Below, in pieces: positions 38,028 through 50,019 of a stretch of DNA of 64,000 nucleotides. The DNA comes from Mobula hypostoma. Lineage: Eukaryota. The notes beneath the pieces were generated by a model. That model did not search any database. It saw only the letters and a list, made by a program, of their open reading frames with translations, and was not told the origin of the DNA. The stretch covers positions 18,848,001 to 18,912,000 of the forward strand of contig NC_086106.1 of NCBI RefSeq assembly GCF_963921235.1, read 5' to 3'. A program made the translations under genes and the position numbers. The first letter of the stretch is position 1. Each line of letters starts with the position of its first letter.

Positions 38028-39678
38028 CCAAACTATATTAACTATTAAAGCAAACAACAATAAATCTAAGTAAGTCAACCAAATCCATGTCTGGGGACTC
38101 ATAAAATATGGAGCAGACTTTCATCGAAGCCGTTACAAACAGCTCCCAGCTAAGGATTAACTTTTCAAATTGCTTGTGAAATAGGCTTAAACTCCTTTAT
38201 AAATTTCCAACCGTCCTCTGGGGAGTCAATCCGTTTTGGACAAGTATTAGGTGGAGTAATTATCAGACGAGCCAGAAAGCACAGAGAGGGACGACAGTTA
38301 ATCTTACAAAGTTCAACCACGACTTCCCGATATTTAATTCTTTCAGCATAAATCTCTGGGGTAAAATCTTCAACTGTATGAATCTTTACATCGTTATATA
38401 TTAGCTTATCCCTTTTGCTTACATCCTAGACAATAGCTTCTTTGGTTGTGAAATAATGTGAGCACAATATCACAGGACGTAGTTTCATTTCAGCTGAAGG
38501 CTTAGGACGTCAAATTCGGTGGGCTCTGTCCAGTATCGGACAGGCTTCAAGAATAGCACTAAAAAGTGAATGTAACAAGTTCGAAAAAAACTTTAATGGC
38601 TCATCGGTTTCCGTATTTTCAGGCAAGTCCAGTATGCCTAAATTCATCCTGTGACCTCTGCTTTCCAGATCGATCGTTTTCTTCTTAATTCTTGATAACT
38701 CCGAAGTAACCTCATTAATTTTCTTTTCCATAAAAGACATCTTCAATTATTGTTCTTTAATAGTTTGACTTATTGACTCCTGTTCTCTTTCCATTCTATG
38801 AGTGCTCTGTTCAAGCGTCTGATATTGAACCTCCAGATTCTTCAAAGATTCCTGAACAGCGAAAGTGGTTTTTTCAAACTTTTCATTAGCGTTCGTCAAC
38901 TTATCAATTTTGGTGTCCACCGTACCGATATTCGCATTAATAGCTTCTATTAAAGACAGCATTCTTTCTGAAGTAGAGACTTCCTCTGATTTCTTTGTTT
39001 GTTCAACTTCAGGAAGAGTTTTGCCACCTCTTAATTCAATTCCAGCTCGAGTATCAGCCATTGTAATTAAATCGTAAATCCTTCAGCAAAAGTAATAAAT
39101 CTTCAAACTTTAAATTAATCTAACAGTAAGTTGTGAAAGATGGAGCCGCGACAAATACGTCTTACTCCATGAGCTGTCAAGAGGAGACTGGAAATCTTGA
39201 ATCTGCTGCATTTTATAGCTTCCAGTGAGGTTAATCTATTCAGTTTAATCAATGAGAGTCGCTGAACACAGCAGCTCGACAGAAAGTGGAACTCGGCCCC
39301 TGGACTTGCATCATCCTGTGCTGTTTGTTCCATCTCCCCTGGAGCAGGGGTGGCAGTCTAAGCTGTGTACGTGTGAGAGGGGGTGAGAGCCTGTGGAACT
39401 CTCTCCCACAGAAAGCACTTGAAGAATTATCACCTAATATATTCAAGAATGGGTTGTATATACTTCTTCGGGTGAATGGGACAAAGGATATCCGGAGAAA
39501 GCAGGAACAGGAATTGAATTTGGATGATCAGCCGAGACCAGATAGAATGGTTGAGCAGATCGAGAGACCCAGTGACCTGCTCCTGTTCCTATTTTCTATA
39601 GTCTATCACAGTGCTGGATGGTGATTAATCTGTCAAATTGCTAAGATCAGACTCACACTAAATTCTGTTCACACGTAC

Positions 39679-39997
39679 CTGTGTCCTTCCTGATGGATTT
39701 CTTCACCGGTGTTGGCAAACTCTTGTCCTGTATCACACACGAGTACTCAGCCCCACTGTTCCACTCTGCAGCAGGGACTGTCAGTCTGCTGGTGATCACC
39801 TCTTCACCTCCGTTGCTGTCTTGACCCAGAGTCCTCAGCCCATCTTCCTTCTTCTTTCCGTCCATCTCCCAGGTGACACTCAATCCCTGTAAATCACTGT
39901 GAACCACCTCACACAGAATGGTCATTGCCTCTTTGTCCAGATCTCTTTGAAGGAAGATATGCTTAAAGTGACTGAGGGTGGGTATCTGAACAGTCAT
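39679..39997 (-). pseudogene. IgW: CH5-like exon with a net 2-nt deletion (real or assembly error)
   Basis: tttctcccAG|AT GAC TGT...GAC ACA G|GTACGT; 319 nt rather than 321; TILCEVVHSDLQGLSVTW...EYSCVIQDKSLPTPVKKSIRK is otherwise intact. Confidence 0.85.
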
Positions 39998-40417
39998 CTG
40001 GGAGAAACATCACAATCTCTGGTCAATTATTTTCCAGTCCCATTAAGATAGAGGAGACCTATCTACACTGGTAAAGAAAGGAATCTCGCCTATTGAGCAG
40101 ACAGGGTGAACACCCTGAATGAAGATAAATAATCAAGATTTCCCTTACATTGCTTTTGCAGTTTCATGGTCTCTTAAACTGTACAAAAATAGAAAATACC
40201 CAGCCTTTCAAAGTGTGTCTGTGGAACGGGAAACAGAGCCAAGACTAACTTGAAAATATTCTAGAAAATACACATTATATTTCAAAACTTAAATATCAGA
40301 AATATTTAGTTTTTGTCACAATTATTTAAATGCACTTTTTTTTCTCTATGAGATGTAACTAAAATTAGCTGCTGCTTTGTCAGAATGTTGTGTGTTCAGG
40401 CCGCCCTCCAGAGGCTT

Positions 40418-40602
40418 CTACACATTGTACAGGCTGATTATTCCCACACAGGAGCAGAGGGAGAGCTGCTCTGCTGGAAATTCAGTCACAACTGAGGCTG
40501 GGATATTGTTCAAAGGCAGAGGGAGACAGCATTTTGAACAGATCTCCAGAGTGCCTCTCCAGTGAACTAGTCTGGATTCTTTTCGAGTTATCAACGTATT
40601 TT
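40418..40602 (-). CDS. Candidate Cys-rich alternative secretory (s) exon, 61 aa
   Basis: ttttatctcAG|AA AAT ACG; phase 1 matches the CH4 donor; ENTLITRKESRLVHWRGTLEICSKCCLPLPLNNIPASVVTEFPAEQLSLCSCVGIISLYNV*; lies between CH4 and CH5. Confidence 0.5.
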
Positions 40603-41312
40603 CTGAGATAAAATTATTTCTACGGTGAAGCTTCTGGATTATGCTGGTTGAGAGTGAAAAACAAATGGATGATTGGCCGATTTAAGTGCCATTCTAGATT
40701 AGAAAGATTAAGACGAGAAGAACTAAAGAGAAGGCCGAACCAACAATTGGCCAATTTACGTGCCAATTGAGATTAAAAAGATTAATGCGTTGAGGGTGAA
40801 GGTGAAGTAGGAACCAATATTCAGCTCACTTCTCAATGAGGCTTCACTCACCTCAGCACTGAACTGACTCTGCAGCTGCGGCCTGCAGCCATCGGCACTC
40901 ACCTCAGCACTGAGCCTGGCTCCACGGCCGTGGCCTGCAGCCATTGTTCTCCTGCACCAGTTGCAGTGCTGAACTGGCAACGTGGCTGTGGGTTTACTTC
41001 TGGGGGCTCTGCGGTTCAGTTTCCGTGGATTGTTTGTTTGAATTTTGTTACTGTTTGCACAATTTGTTCTATCTTTTTCACACATTGGATGTTTGACTCT
41101 GAATTCTATTGTATTTCTTTGTTTTGTGGCTGCCTGCAAGAAGAGAATCTCAAGGTTGTGTATGGTGCACATACTTTGATAATAAATGTACTTCGAACTT
41201 TACCAGTTCAGTCACATAACTAAACCAGGGCTACACTGTAACTTCGTGCTGACCTTGAATTCATAGCACAATGTAAACAATTTCAATAATGGGTTGAGTC
41301 CCAGGACCCTAC

Positions 41313-41630
41313 CGTGGACGTTCTTCACTTGCTTCTTGATACTGCTGTTGGAGGGAAGATGAATCACTGTACAGCTGAAGCCTGATTCTGACTTCCACTC
41401 CTGTAAACTCACGGTCAGGAAGTGTCTGACACTGAAAGTCCACCCCTGCTCCAGAGCAGTTGGTGTAGTGCTGGTGTTGGAGGTGATCACAGTGCTGCCT
41501 TTCTCCCAGGTGACATTTATTTGATCCGGGTAGAATCCAGAGACCACACACTCCAGTGTGGCCGTTTTCCAATTCTTGGTCTCTTCCTGAGGTGGAGGCA
41601 GCAGACTGACCTTGGGATATTTTATCTCGA
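41313..41630 (-). CDS. IgW: CH4-like exon, copy 4
   Basis: 318 nt, AG...G|GTAGGG, phase 1-1, both Cys and the Trp conserved. Confidence 0.9.
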
Positions 41631-41718
41631 CTGGAGCAGACAAGAAAACAAAGGAAATATCAAACATTTTGACTCAGGTAACTAATGCTGGCCATTTAAT
41701 TGCTGGTCTCTTGCCCAC

Positions 41719-42021
41719 CTTTGGTACTATTGGTGCGTGCTGACACTGGGGAAGATGAAGGAGATTCCTGAGCAGAGCACTCGTACTCCACCCCACTGAA
41801 CCACTCCTCCACACTGATCTGGAGTTCACTGAGCACTCTGTATCGGGACCCGTCCCTCTCCGCTTGGTGGGTGTGAACCCCTTTAGTTTTCTCCTTCCCG
41901 CCCACGTGCCAAGAGATGTGGATATCTTCGGGATCTGTACAGATAACTGTGCACTTCACGGTTGGAGTCTTGTGGATCCACATCTCTTCAATGTGGGGAT
42001 TTTGAATAAAGACAGCCAATT
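41719..42021 (-). CDS. IgW: CH3-like exon, copy 4
   Basis: 303 nt, atccacAG|AA TTG...AAA G|GTGGGC; 88-nt intron to CH4. Confidence 0.9.
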
Positions 42022-42227
42022 CTGTGGATTAGAAATGGAAATGCTCAGAATCTTACTGGAGATATTTCCATTGGTTGTGTCAGGTCCAGGCAGATCATCA
42101 GTACAGGACAGCTGCATTTAATGCAAACAGAATAACAGAAACACCCGGGGCTGAGTCACGTGCCTCATATTCCTATAAGTTTGATTGAGAAAAGAAATTC
42201 AGAACAAAGGATGTGCTAACGAGGTTT

Positions 42228-45200
42228 CGAATCCCTTCCTAATAACTGTACCAATCGGTTCACTGTGAGATGGAGCTCTGTGAGACAGAGAAGCATGCAG
42301 ATTTCTCAGCAGAGACACAGCTCAGTATATTCTTTGCTTGGAGAATCAGCCCATTGATTAGTAACAATGAACACTGTGAATCAATGAGAATCCCTTTCTC
42401 CATCTGGGCTGAGCCTGGGATTCACTCAGTTTAATAACTTCACATCCCGACATTCCAGTCTCACTGTGGCTGAGCCTCTCCTCATCTCTGCAAACTTCAC
42501 CACCCACACGAGCTTCAGACAACATTGTATCCTTTCAACTCTGCTCACTCATACACCTGCACTACTTCTGCTGGTGCCTGTGGTTTTAGCATTCTTGCTG
42601 ACAAACACTGAAGCCTCTGTCTCACTTGAAATGAGCAGCCATGGTCAGAGTGTATCCATAAGTTAGGGACTGATGAACTGGCAAAGTGGGTTCAAATCCC
42701 AACCCGGTGGATGGGAGTTTAAATTCAATTCATCAATGCTTTTTGGAATAAAAAGAAGACTACGGAGGTATTTGTAGTGTTATTCTCTGTGGTAATTTCC
42801 GGAGAGAAGTCTGGTCTGGTCTGGCTGGTTTGTGACTCCAGACCTGCAGCAACACGGCTGGAGCTGAATCACCATCAGGAATGAGGCAGCAAGTCCCTCA
42901 GTTCCAGAGAGATCAGTGATTGACGGGAAATGATAAATGAATAAAACAGCTCTTTGATCAAGTGTTGGGTCACCTGCCCTCTGGGTTAGAGTCAGTTTTG
43001 TGTGATTGCACTCAAATCTGCTGGACCAGGGATCATTTCCAAATAAGATATATGTGAGATGTTCTTTGGTTGGACATAACTTGCAGATTTGTGACTGTTG
43101 GGGTCTGTCTCTGCCCTGCGTGATCAGGCTGGTTGCTGATTGAGAAATATGAGCCATAGATTACCAGTTGTCATTTCTTGATCAGAGCCAGTAAGTAGGT
43201 GTTAGAGGTCATTCTGTTGACTATAGCCAATAACACTGGACTGTAACATTTGAGTTAGTAAGGAATGAAATTAAAAGCAGGTGCTTCAAGTGTGCTGGCA
43301 GCAGTGGCTCTGTTGGAGATTCACAACTGCAGATATGAGGTGCCTCATGGATGTGGAAATTTTAAACGGGGATACGAGGAACATGCAGCCAGCAGTAAAG
43401 TCTCCTTTTTAACTGGTATAATCTTTTCAATCTTTGACTGTTCGTGGAAGGTCAGGAAAACTCAGCAGTTGTGCACACCGGTATTGGTTGTGTAAGTTCA
43501 CATGTTCTTACATTGAGACAATAAAGGTACTTGTTGGTAAATAGAGAGTCTCCCTGTGCCTCGCTGATCATTAATACAAGGGGTGATACTTATAACATCA
43601 TTATCATCAGTTCATTTACATTGCAGCTCTCTGCACTTTGTGTTATTTACACACATTTAGACACTCGGTCACCTTCAGGCATGTGGGGTGTTTTTGTTCT
43701 TTGACATTTAGTGTGGAGGCTGATTGTGTTTGTGTCATGGTTGAGTACTTCAATGAGACTGTGAGTCAGTGTCTTTGTCTGAAGAAGGAGCAGATGTAAC
43801 ACACACGGTTCCAGTCTGACTGGGACGGATCATCTGACAAAGTATGATGTGTATTTCTCAACATTCCTCATTTCAGAAAGATTATGAGCAATTTTCTTTT
43901 AAAACAGAAAATCTGTGGGTGTAGTCTAGATGATCATTGTTGTCATGTAATATCACAAATATGCAAACCTAGATGTACACTGAAGGGTCACTAAATTGTG
44001 AATCTCAGTTTAATCAGCACTGTGATGTTGTTAAACATGTTTTCTGCAGGTTTCTCAGTTATGTCCCATATCAGCCTGGTCTGGATGTTCAGCAGTCCCT
44101 GGGAAATGCGATCCCCTCATAAAACCTGACAGATTCAGGGTCGCTCCCCTTATTGCTGAATGCTGGCGTTATTCCACAAGAAGCATATAATTCTCTCAAT
44201 GCTTGGGTAGTTCTAACAAAACATTCTCCTTTCTGACATTCCTTGGGATCATTGAGTTTCTCTCTTGGACTGAATTCAGTGTCTGGCAATGTAACTTTAG
44301 CAATTTGTCTGATCCAGGATTTACACACAAAACATGTCAGGTTGGGCATGAGATTGGTTAGACCCCTGTGTCTTGTCTCACCAATTTGTCTTGTGCCCAA
44401 CATTATCAAAGGGTCATCCATCCTTTGACTGAGTCAATTTGGAATCTCAGCCCCATTCACCTTCATCACCTCGTGCTTCACAGCCACTGGGTGAAAAACA
44501 TGTTCCAGTTCTTTCTGACTGGAGTCAGTCAGGTGGGAGTCTGGCCAAGGAAACTGGAATTGGGATCTGAGTCACACTGAAGCAACAATGTACACAAATG
44601 AATGAGTGTATGGACAACCAGAAACACAAGAGATTATGCAGATACTGGAAATCGTGAACACGTACAAAACGCTGGAGTGACTTAACAAGTCAGGCAGCAT
44701 CTTTGGAGAGGAATAAGCAGTCGATCTTTCAGGCCAGGAGACATCACTGGTACTGGAATGGAAGTGGGCAGAAGCCAGAATAAGAAGGTGGGTGGAGTCG
44801 AGAGGAATATGTACATGGAGTTTAGGAAAATAGAGGGCTATGGGTAACCCTAGGTTCAGCACAGCTTTGTGGGCCGAAGGGCTTGTATTGTGCTGCAGGT
44901 TTTCTCTGTTTCTTCTATGTTTCTATGAATACATTCCATCAGATGAGAGGTGAGACCAGGTGAGGGAGAAAGTGTGTGGATGGGGGAGGGGGTATGAAGT
45001 AAGAAGCTGGTAGGGGATAAGTGGAAGAGATAAATGGCTGAAACAGAAGGAATCTGATAGGACAGTGGACCATGGAGGAAAGTGCAGGAGGAGGGGATCC
45101 AAATGGGCAGGTGAGAAGAAGTGAAGGGATGTGGGGATTAGAAAAGAAATAATAAAGGAGCAGGGATTGGGGGAGATTACTGGGAGTTATAGAAATCAGT

Positions 45201-45720
45201 ACTCATGACATCAGATTTGCAGATATCTGGACAGAATATGAGGTGTTACTGCTCTAATCTGACTTTGGCCTCACCATGGCTGTAGAGGAGGCCATGGACA
45301 GAAATGTCAGAAATAGGAATGGGAAGTCAAATTGAAATATGTGGCCACGAGGATAATAAAAAATCAAATTGAAATGTGGAGGGGAGAGATAGTTAGTTTG
45401 CATCACATGTTTTCCTCTCTCTGTGTTAAACCCAAGTCAGAGACATGTCTGGAAAGCAGCAAATGGATTGTAATAAAATTCAATGACAAATTGTATACAC
45501 AGCCAATCGCTTTATTTCACACTTTCCTGCTGAACAATGATACTGTCGGATTGAACCATCTGAGAATGTTGCATTGAAATTACTCATGAGAAATAGCATT
45601 GGCACACACTTCGAAAAACAGCGGGGACATTTTCCACCTGGAAATAGAAGATTCATAGATTTAAGCTTGGAAAAAAGGGAGCCCCACATATTCCCATTCT
45701 CTATCCTCTGTACATCACAT
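42228..45720. repeat. Segmental block duplicated in direct orientation at ~46798-51640
   Basis: 42228-43260 matches 46798-47580; 43590-45720 matches 47615-47659 plus 49582-51640 (the second copy carries an hAT insertion). Confidence 0.85.
44089..44576 (-). pseudogene. Disabled copy of the orphan terminal exon (two in-frame stops, 9-nt in-frame deletion)
   Basis: Same acceptor ttgttgcttcAG and equivalent stop position as 50020-50516; AGA>TGA and TCA>TGA. Confidence 0.5.
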
Positions 45721-46419
45721 CCTATCGGGATGAGGTTATGTCAGCCATGATAAATGCAGGTGCTGTCTGAACCTGGTCGAGGATCTGAGGACACAAGGTC
45801 ACAACATTCACTCGAGGATTGGGCATTAATTCAAAAATAATCTCGGCACCTACATTTCAGTGAGTGGACAATCGACAGAAGAGTCTCTCAGGAAACACTG
45901 GAAACAGGCACTGGAGACTGAAGCAAATACAACATTGCTGAGATATTTTTTGAGGAACTAACACTGAGAAGACAGTGAAAAGGAGAAGGGGAGATTTTCT
46001 CCAGATGGTAAAGCATGGGATGTGAGCTTTTCTCACGAACTTATTTTCATTATAACTGCAAACAGAGACAACTAAAATTACTTAGGACAGAATGGACAGG
46101 TGATATAATCTTACACCTTCCTGCCCAGTAGATGGGGTTAAAGCTGCTGGTGATCTGAATTGATTCAAAGTGTAAAGATCATCTGTACATCACTCAACAA
46201 GATTGACCGTAGGGACAGGAGTTGGGTGGGAGTATCAGTTAAGTAGTCTAGTACTGTAGTAAATTAATTATTCTTCAGACATCACTCTCCCTCTTGATAT
46301 GTCATGTTGACCTCGCTATAAAACAGGAAGGTGCGTTTTGGTCTATTCCTGCCAGGCACTGTCAGGCAAGTGATTGTTTCAAATCCACCATCAGATCCCT
46401 GAGTGGAAGGGAGAACGGT

Positions 46420-46714
46420 GTCTTCTTGGGCAGATCCATTGTGGAAGAGATGTGGATTGACAAGACCTCTGTTTTGAAGTGTACAGTCATCTGTACTGAT
46501 CCAGAAGATATCCACATCTCTTGGCCTGTGGGTGGAAAGGAGAAAACTAAAGGACCTGTCACCCATTAACTGGATTTGGATGGGTCCCGATACAGAGTGC
46601 TCAGTGAACCACAGGCTATGGTGGAGGAGTGCTACAGTGGGGTGGAGTTTGAGTGCTCTGCTTAGAAATCTCCTTCATCTTCCCAAGTGTCAGAAGTGAC
46701 CAATAGTACCAAAG
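46420..46714 (+). pseudogene. Inverted CH3-like pseudo-exon
   Basis: EEMWIDKTSVLKCTVICTDPEDIHISW..GGKEKTKGPVTH*..GSRYRVLSE..ECSA*; followed by CH3-CH4 intron sequence up to ~46792. Confidence 0.85.
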
Positions 46715-47659
46715 TTTGGGAACAGACCAGCAATTAAATGGCCAGCTTTAGTTACCAGAGTCAAAATGTTTGACATTTCTTTTGTTTTCTTGGTCTAGAA
46801 TCCTTTTCTAATAACTGTACCAATGGGTTCACTGTGAGACAGAGCTCTGTGGGACAGAGAAGCATGCAGATTTCTCAGCAGAGACACAGCTCAGTATATT
46901 CTTTGCCTGGAGACTTGGTGCGATTGATTAGTAACAATGAACACTGTGAATCAATGAGAATCCCTTCCTCCATCTGGGCTGAGCCTGGGATTCACTCAGT
47001 TTAATAACTTCACATCCCGACATTCCAGTCTCACTGTGGCTGTGCCTCTCCTCATCTCTGCAACCTTCACCACCCACACAAACTTCAGAAAACATCGTAT
47101 TCTTTCAACTCTGCTCACTCATACACCTGCACTACTTCTGCTGGTGCCTGTGGTTTTAGCATTCTTGCTGACAAACACTGAAGCCTCTGTCTCTCTTAAA
47201 ATGAGCAGCCATGAGTGTATCCTTCAGTTAGGGACTGATAATCTGGCAAAATGGGTTCAAATCCCAACCAAGCAAATTGGAGTTTAAATTCAATTCATAT
47301 ATGCTTTCCGGAATGAAAAGAAGGAAATGGAAGGATTTGGAGTGGTATTTGTACCTTTGGGGAAAAGAATCAATCATCCATATCAAGCCTGGCTGGTATG
47401 TGACTCCAGACCTGCAGCAATACAGCTGAACCTTAATCATCATCAGGAATGAGGTGACAAGTCCCTCAGCTCTAGAGCGATCAGTGATTGATAGGAAATG
47501 ATAAACGTATAAAACAGCTCTTTGATCAACGTTTGTGGCACCTGTCCTCTGGGTTGGTGTCACTTTTGTGTGACAGCACTAGGTGAAGTTGTTGAGGTCG
47601 TCTCCCGATGCACGATTATCAGTTCACTTACATTGTTGCTCTCTGCACTTAATGTGCAC

Positions 47660-49581
47660 CAGTGATTCCCAGCTGCAGCAGAACTGTGCCAAAAGGGGGG
47701 CAGGAACATATCCTAAGGGGGCATTTAGGGAAATAGAAGTCATCGGGTGGAGTTCAAGATTCTTTGGGGCACCGATAAGCTAACTAAGGCACAAGAACTG
47801 ACTGACCATTAGTAGAGCAGGCACTTCAAAAGAAAAGATGAAGCACTGGAACACAGGAAGAACCATAGCTCTGCAGGCAGTGAACACTCATCATCACAAC
47901 GTGTTTGAAACTCAGCAATCTCATCTTCCTTACCAGCCAAACAGACATTATTGGGGATGCATAAATTAGCAACCAAGGTTCCCAACAGTTCTTCTTGACT
48001 TGCAGTATGGAACAAGTTCAGGCTATTTAGTAGTTCAGGTACACACTCTCAACTTTGTCCACAGATGTACGGAAAACAGGTCGCGCAACGAAACAGTGCT
48101 GGCTGGAACCAAGTGGTGAAATAGAGCCAGTCAGTGAACCGGCTGACCCCAAATAGCATATGTACTATTTATCAAAAATGGAAAAGTTTATCAAGAGTTT
48201 CTCTTTTGTAAAAAGCTACAAACAAATTCAATGAAGGATCAATCTACTGTGAGCTCAAAATGTATATTGAGGATAAAAGGTATTCTGATTGGGAACATAA
48301 TTTTTGTGCAACAGATGGAGCACCATATATGACAGGTCACCATGCTGGTTTAATGGGAAAAAAATTCCAAGTCTGTTTGCAATCCATTGTGCAATTCATC
48401 GTCAATATCTTGCAACCAACAACTTCAGCCAGCGACTTTTTACAAGCGTGACTCTTGGTAATATCTGCTATCAACAAACTTAAAGCTCATCCATTAAAAT
48501 AGCAGAATATTTTACCAGTTAAGTCAAGAAATGATGAAGAATTTGAACGCTTGCTTCTTCACACTGAGGTGCATCGGCTGTCAAAAGACTGCTGCTTAAA
48601 AGTTTTCCTTGAGCTTTTTGACACTGTGGTTGAATTTTTGCCCAAATTCGACAACAGCTTAGGAAACAAGATTGAACTTCTATGTGGAGATGTGGCATAC
48701 CTCGCTGATCTGTATGACAAAATGAACATTCTAAATATGAAACTGCAGGGTGAGAATTTCAACTTGATGCAGGCAAAAGTGCCGTGTCCACTTATATCGG
48801 CAAATTGGAACTATATAAGCAAAACATTGGGAGGAAAATGTTCTCACAGTTTCCCCACAAAGAAAGTATGGCACTCTCTATCACAGATGGTGATTTGCAA
48901 GAGTACCACTTACACCTGAAGTCACCGAAGAAAGATTTTCAGATTGATTCGAGGATTTGAATGATCCAGAAATTCCAGACTGGGTAATTAACCTAATTCT
49001 TTGCAAGGTGGAAGAACAGGAAGAGAGCTTGCGAGAAGGAACTATCAAAATCCAGAATGATGAAGAGGCAAAAATGCTTTTCAAAACTGTCGGGTTTTGT
49101 GGTATGTGGCTGCGCTGTCATAAGAGATTTCTTGGTCTTTGGAGAAGAGCCAAACTGCTTTTCATTATATTTCCATCCACCTACCTTGCTGAAAAAGGCT
49201 TCAGTGCAGTGAACCACATACTCAGAAAAACAGAAACCACTTGGACATTGTTACATATGGGAGCCTAAGGTTTTTGCTGTCATGCCTTGAACTAGATATT
49301 TCAACTCTTGCTAAAAGCCATACTCAAGGATCACATTGATATTGAAGCTGCTGTATGGCGCACAGGTACTGTGTAAGCTAGGATTTAAGACAAATAAAAA
49401 TTTAAAGCAGAATGACTTTTCTCATGTTAACACATGGTAGACATGTTTTTACACTCTGGGGGTGCCAGAAAGTATATTATGCTTAACAGGGGCATTGGCA
49501 AGTATGAAGGTGTTTTAGAGAGGCATTGGCAAGTATGAATGTGCTTTGGGGGCAATGCACTAAAAAGGTTGGGAAACTCTG
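47660..49581 (+). mobile_element. hAT (Charlie/Buster, FAM200/ZBED8-like) DNA transposon remnant
   Basis: TIRs CAGTGATTCCCA / TGGGAAACTCTG; LLHTEVHRLSK..AYLADLYDKMNILNMKLQG, FPSTYLAEKGFSA; empty site in the paralogous block at ~43640. Confidence 0.88.
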
Positions 49582-50019
49582 GTATACACCATTTATACAC
49601 TCAGTCACCTTCAGGCATGTGGGCTTTTTCGTCTTTGACATTTAGTGTGGAGACTTATTGTGTTGTGTCACAGACGAGGCCTTCAATGAGACTGAGTCAA
49701 TGTCTTTGTCTGAAGAAAGAGCAGATGTAACACTCACAGTTCCAGTCTGAACGGGCCGGATCATCTGACAAAGTGTGATGTGGACTTCTCAACATCTCTC
49801 ATTTCAGAAAGATTATGAGCAATTTTCTTTGAAAGTAGAAAGTCCATGGGTGTAGTCCAGATGATCATTGTTGTCGTGTAATATCACAAATATGCAAACC
49901 TACATGTACACTGTAGGGACACTGAATTGTGAATCTCAGTTTAATCAGCACTGTGATGTTGCTAAACATGTTTTCTGCAGGTTTCTCAGTTATGTCCCGT
50001 ATCAGCCTGGTCTTGATGT

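Larger units (their letters stand above)
31379..39188 (-). mobile_element. Near full-length L1-clade LINE (ORF1 plus ORF2, degenerate) in the CH5-CH6 intron
   Basis: Exact 16-bp TSD TGGAAATCTTGAATCT at 31363-31378 and 39189-39204; ORF1 DLESRGHRMNLGILDLPE..DRAHR; ORF2 IISWNLNG..QETH, SLDAEKALDRVEW, RGTRQGCPLSPLLF; AATAAA at 31395-31400. Confidence 0.92.

Noticed and set aside
40840-40990. GC-rich CTGCAGCC/CTCAGCACTGA internal repeats in each cassette spacer as a switch-like region
   Set aside because: Short, part of an interspersed repeat carried by the duplication; no long tandem AGCT array
42261-42380. CACTGTG heptamers (also ~46830-46950) as possible RSS
   Set aside because: Spacing checked at 42261: no nonamer at 12- or 23-bp spacing. 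No adjacent V, D or J coding sequence at any of them
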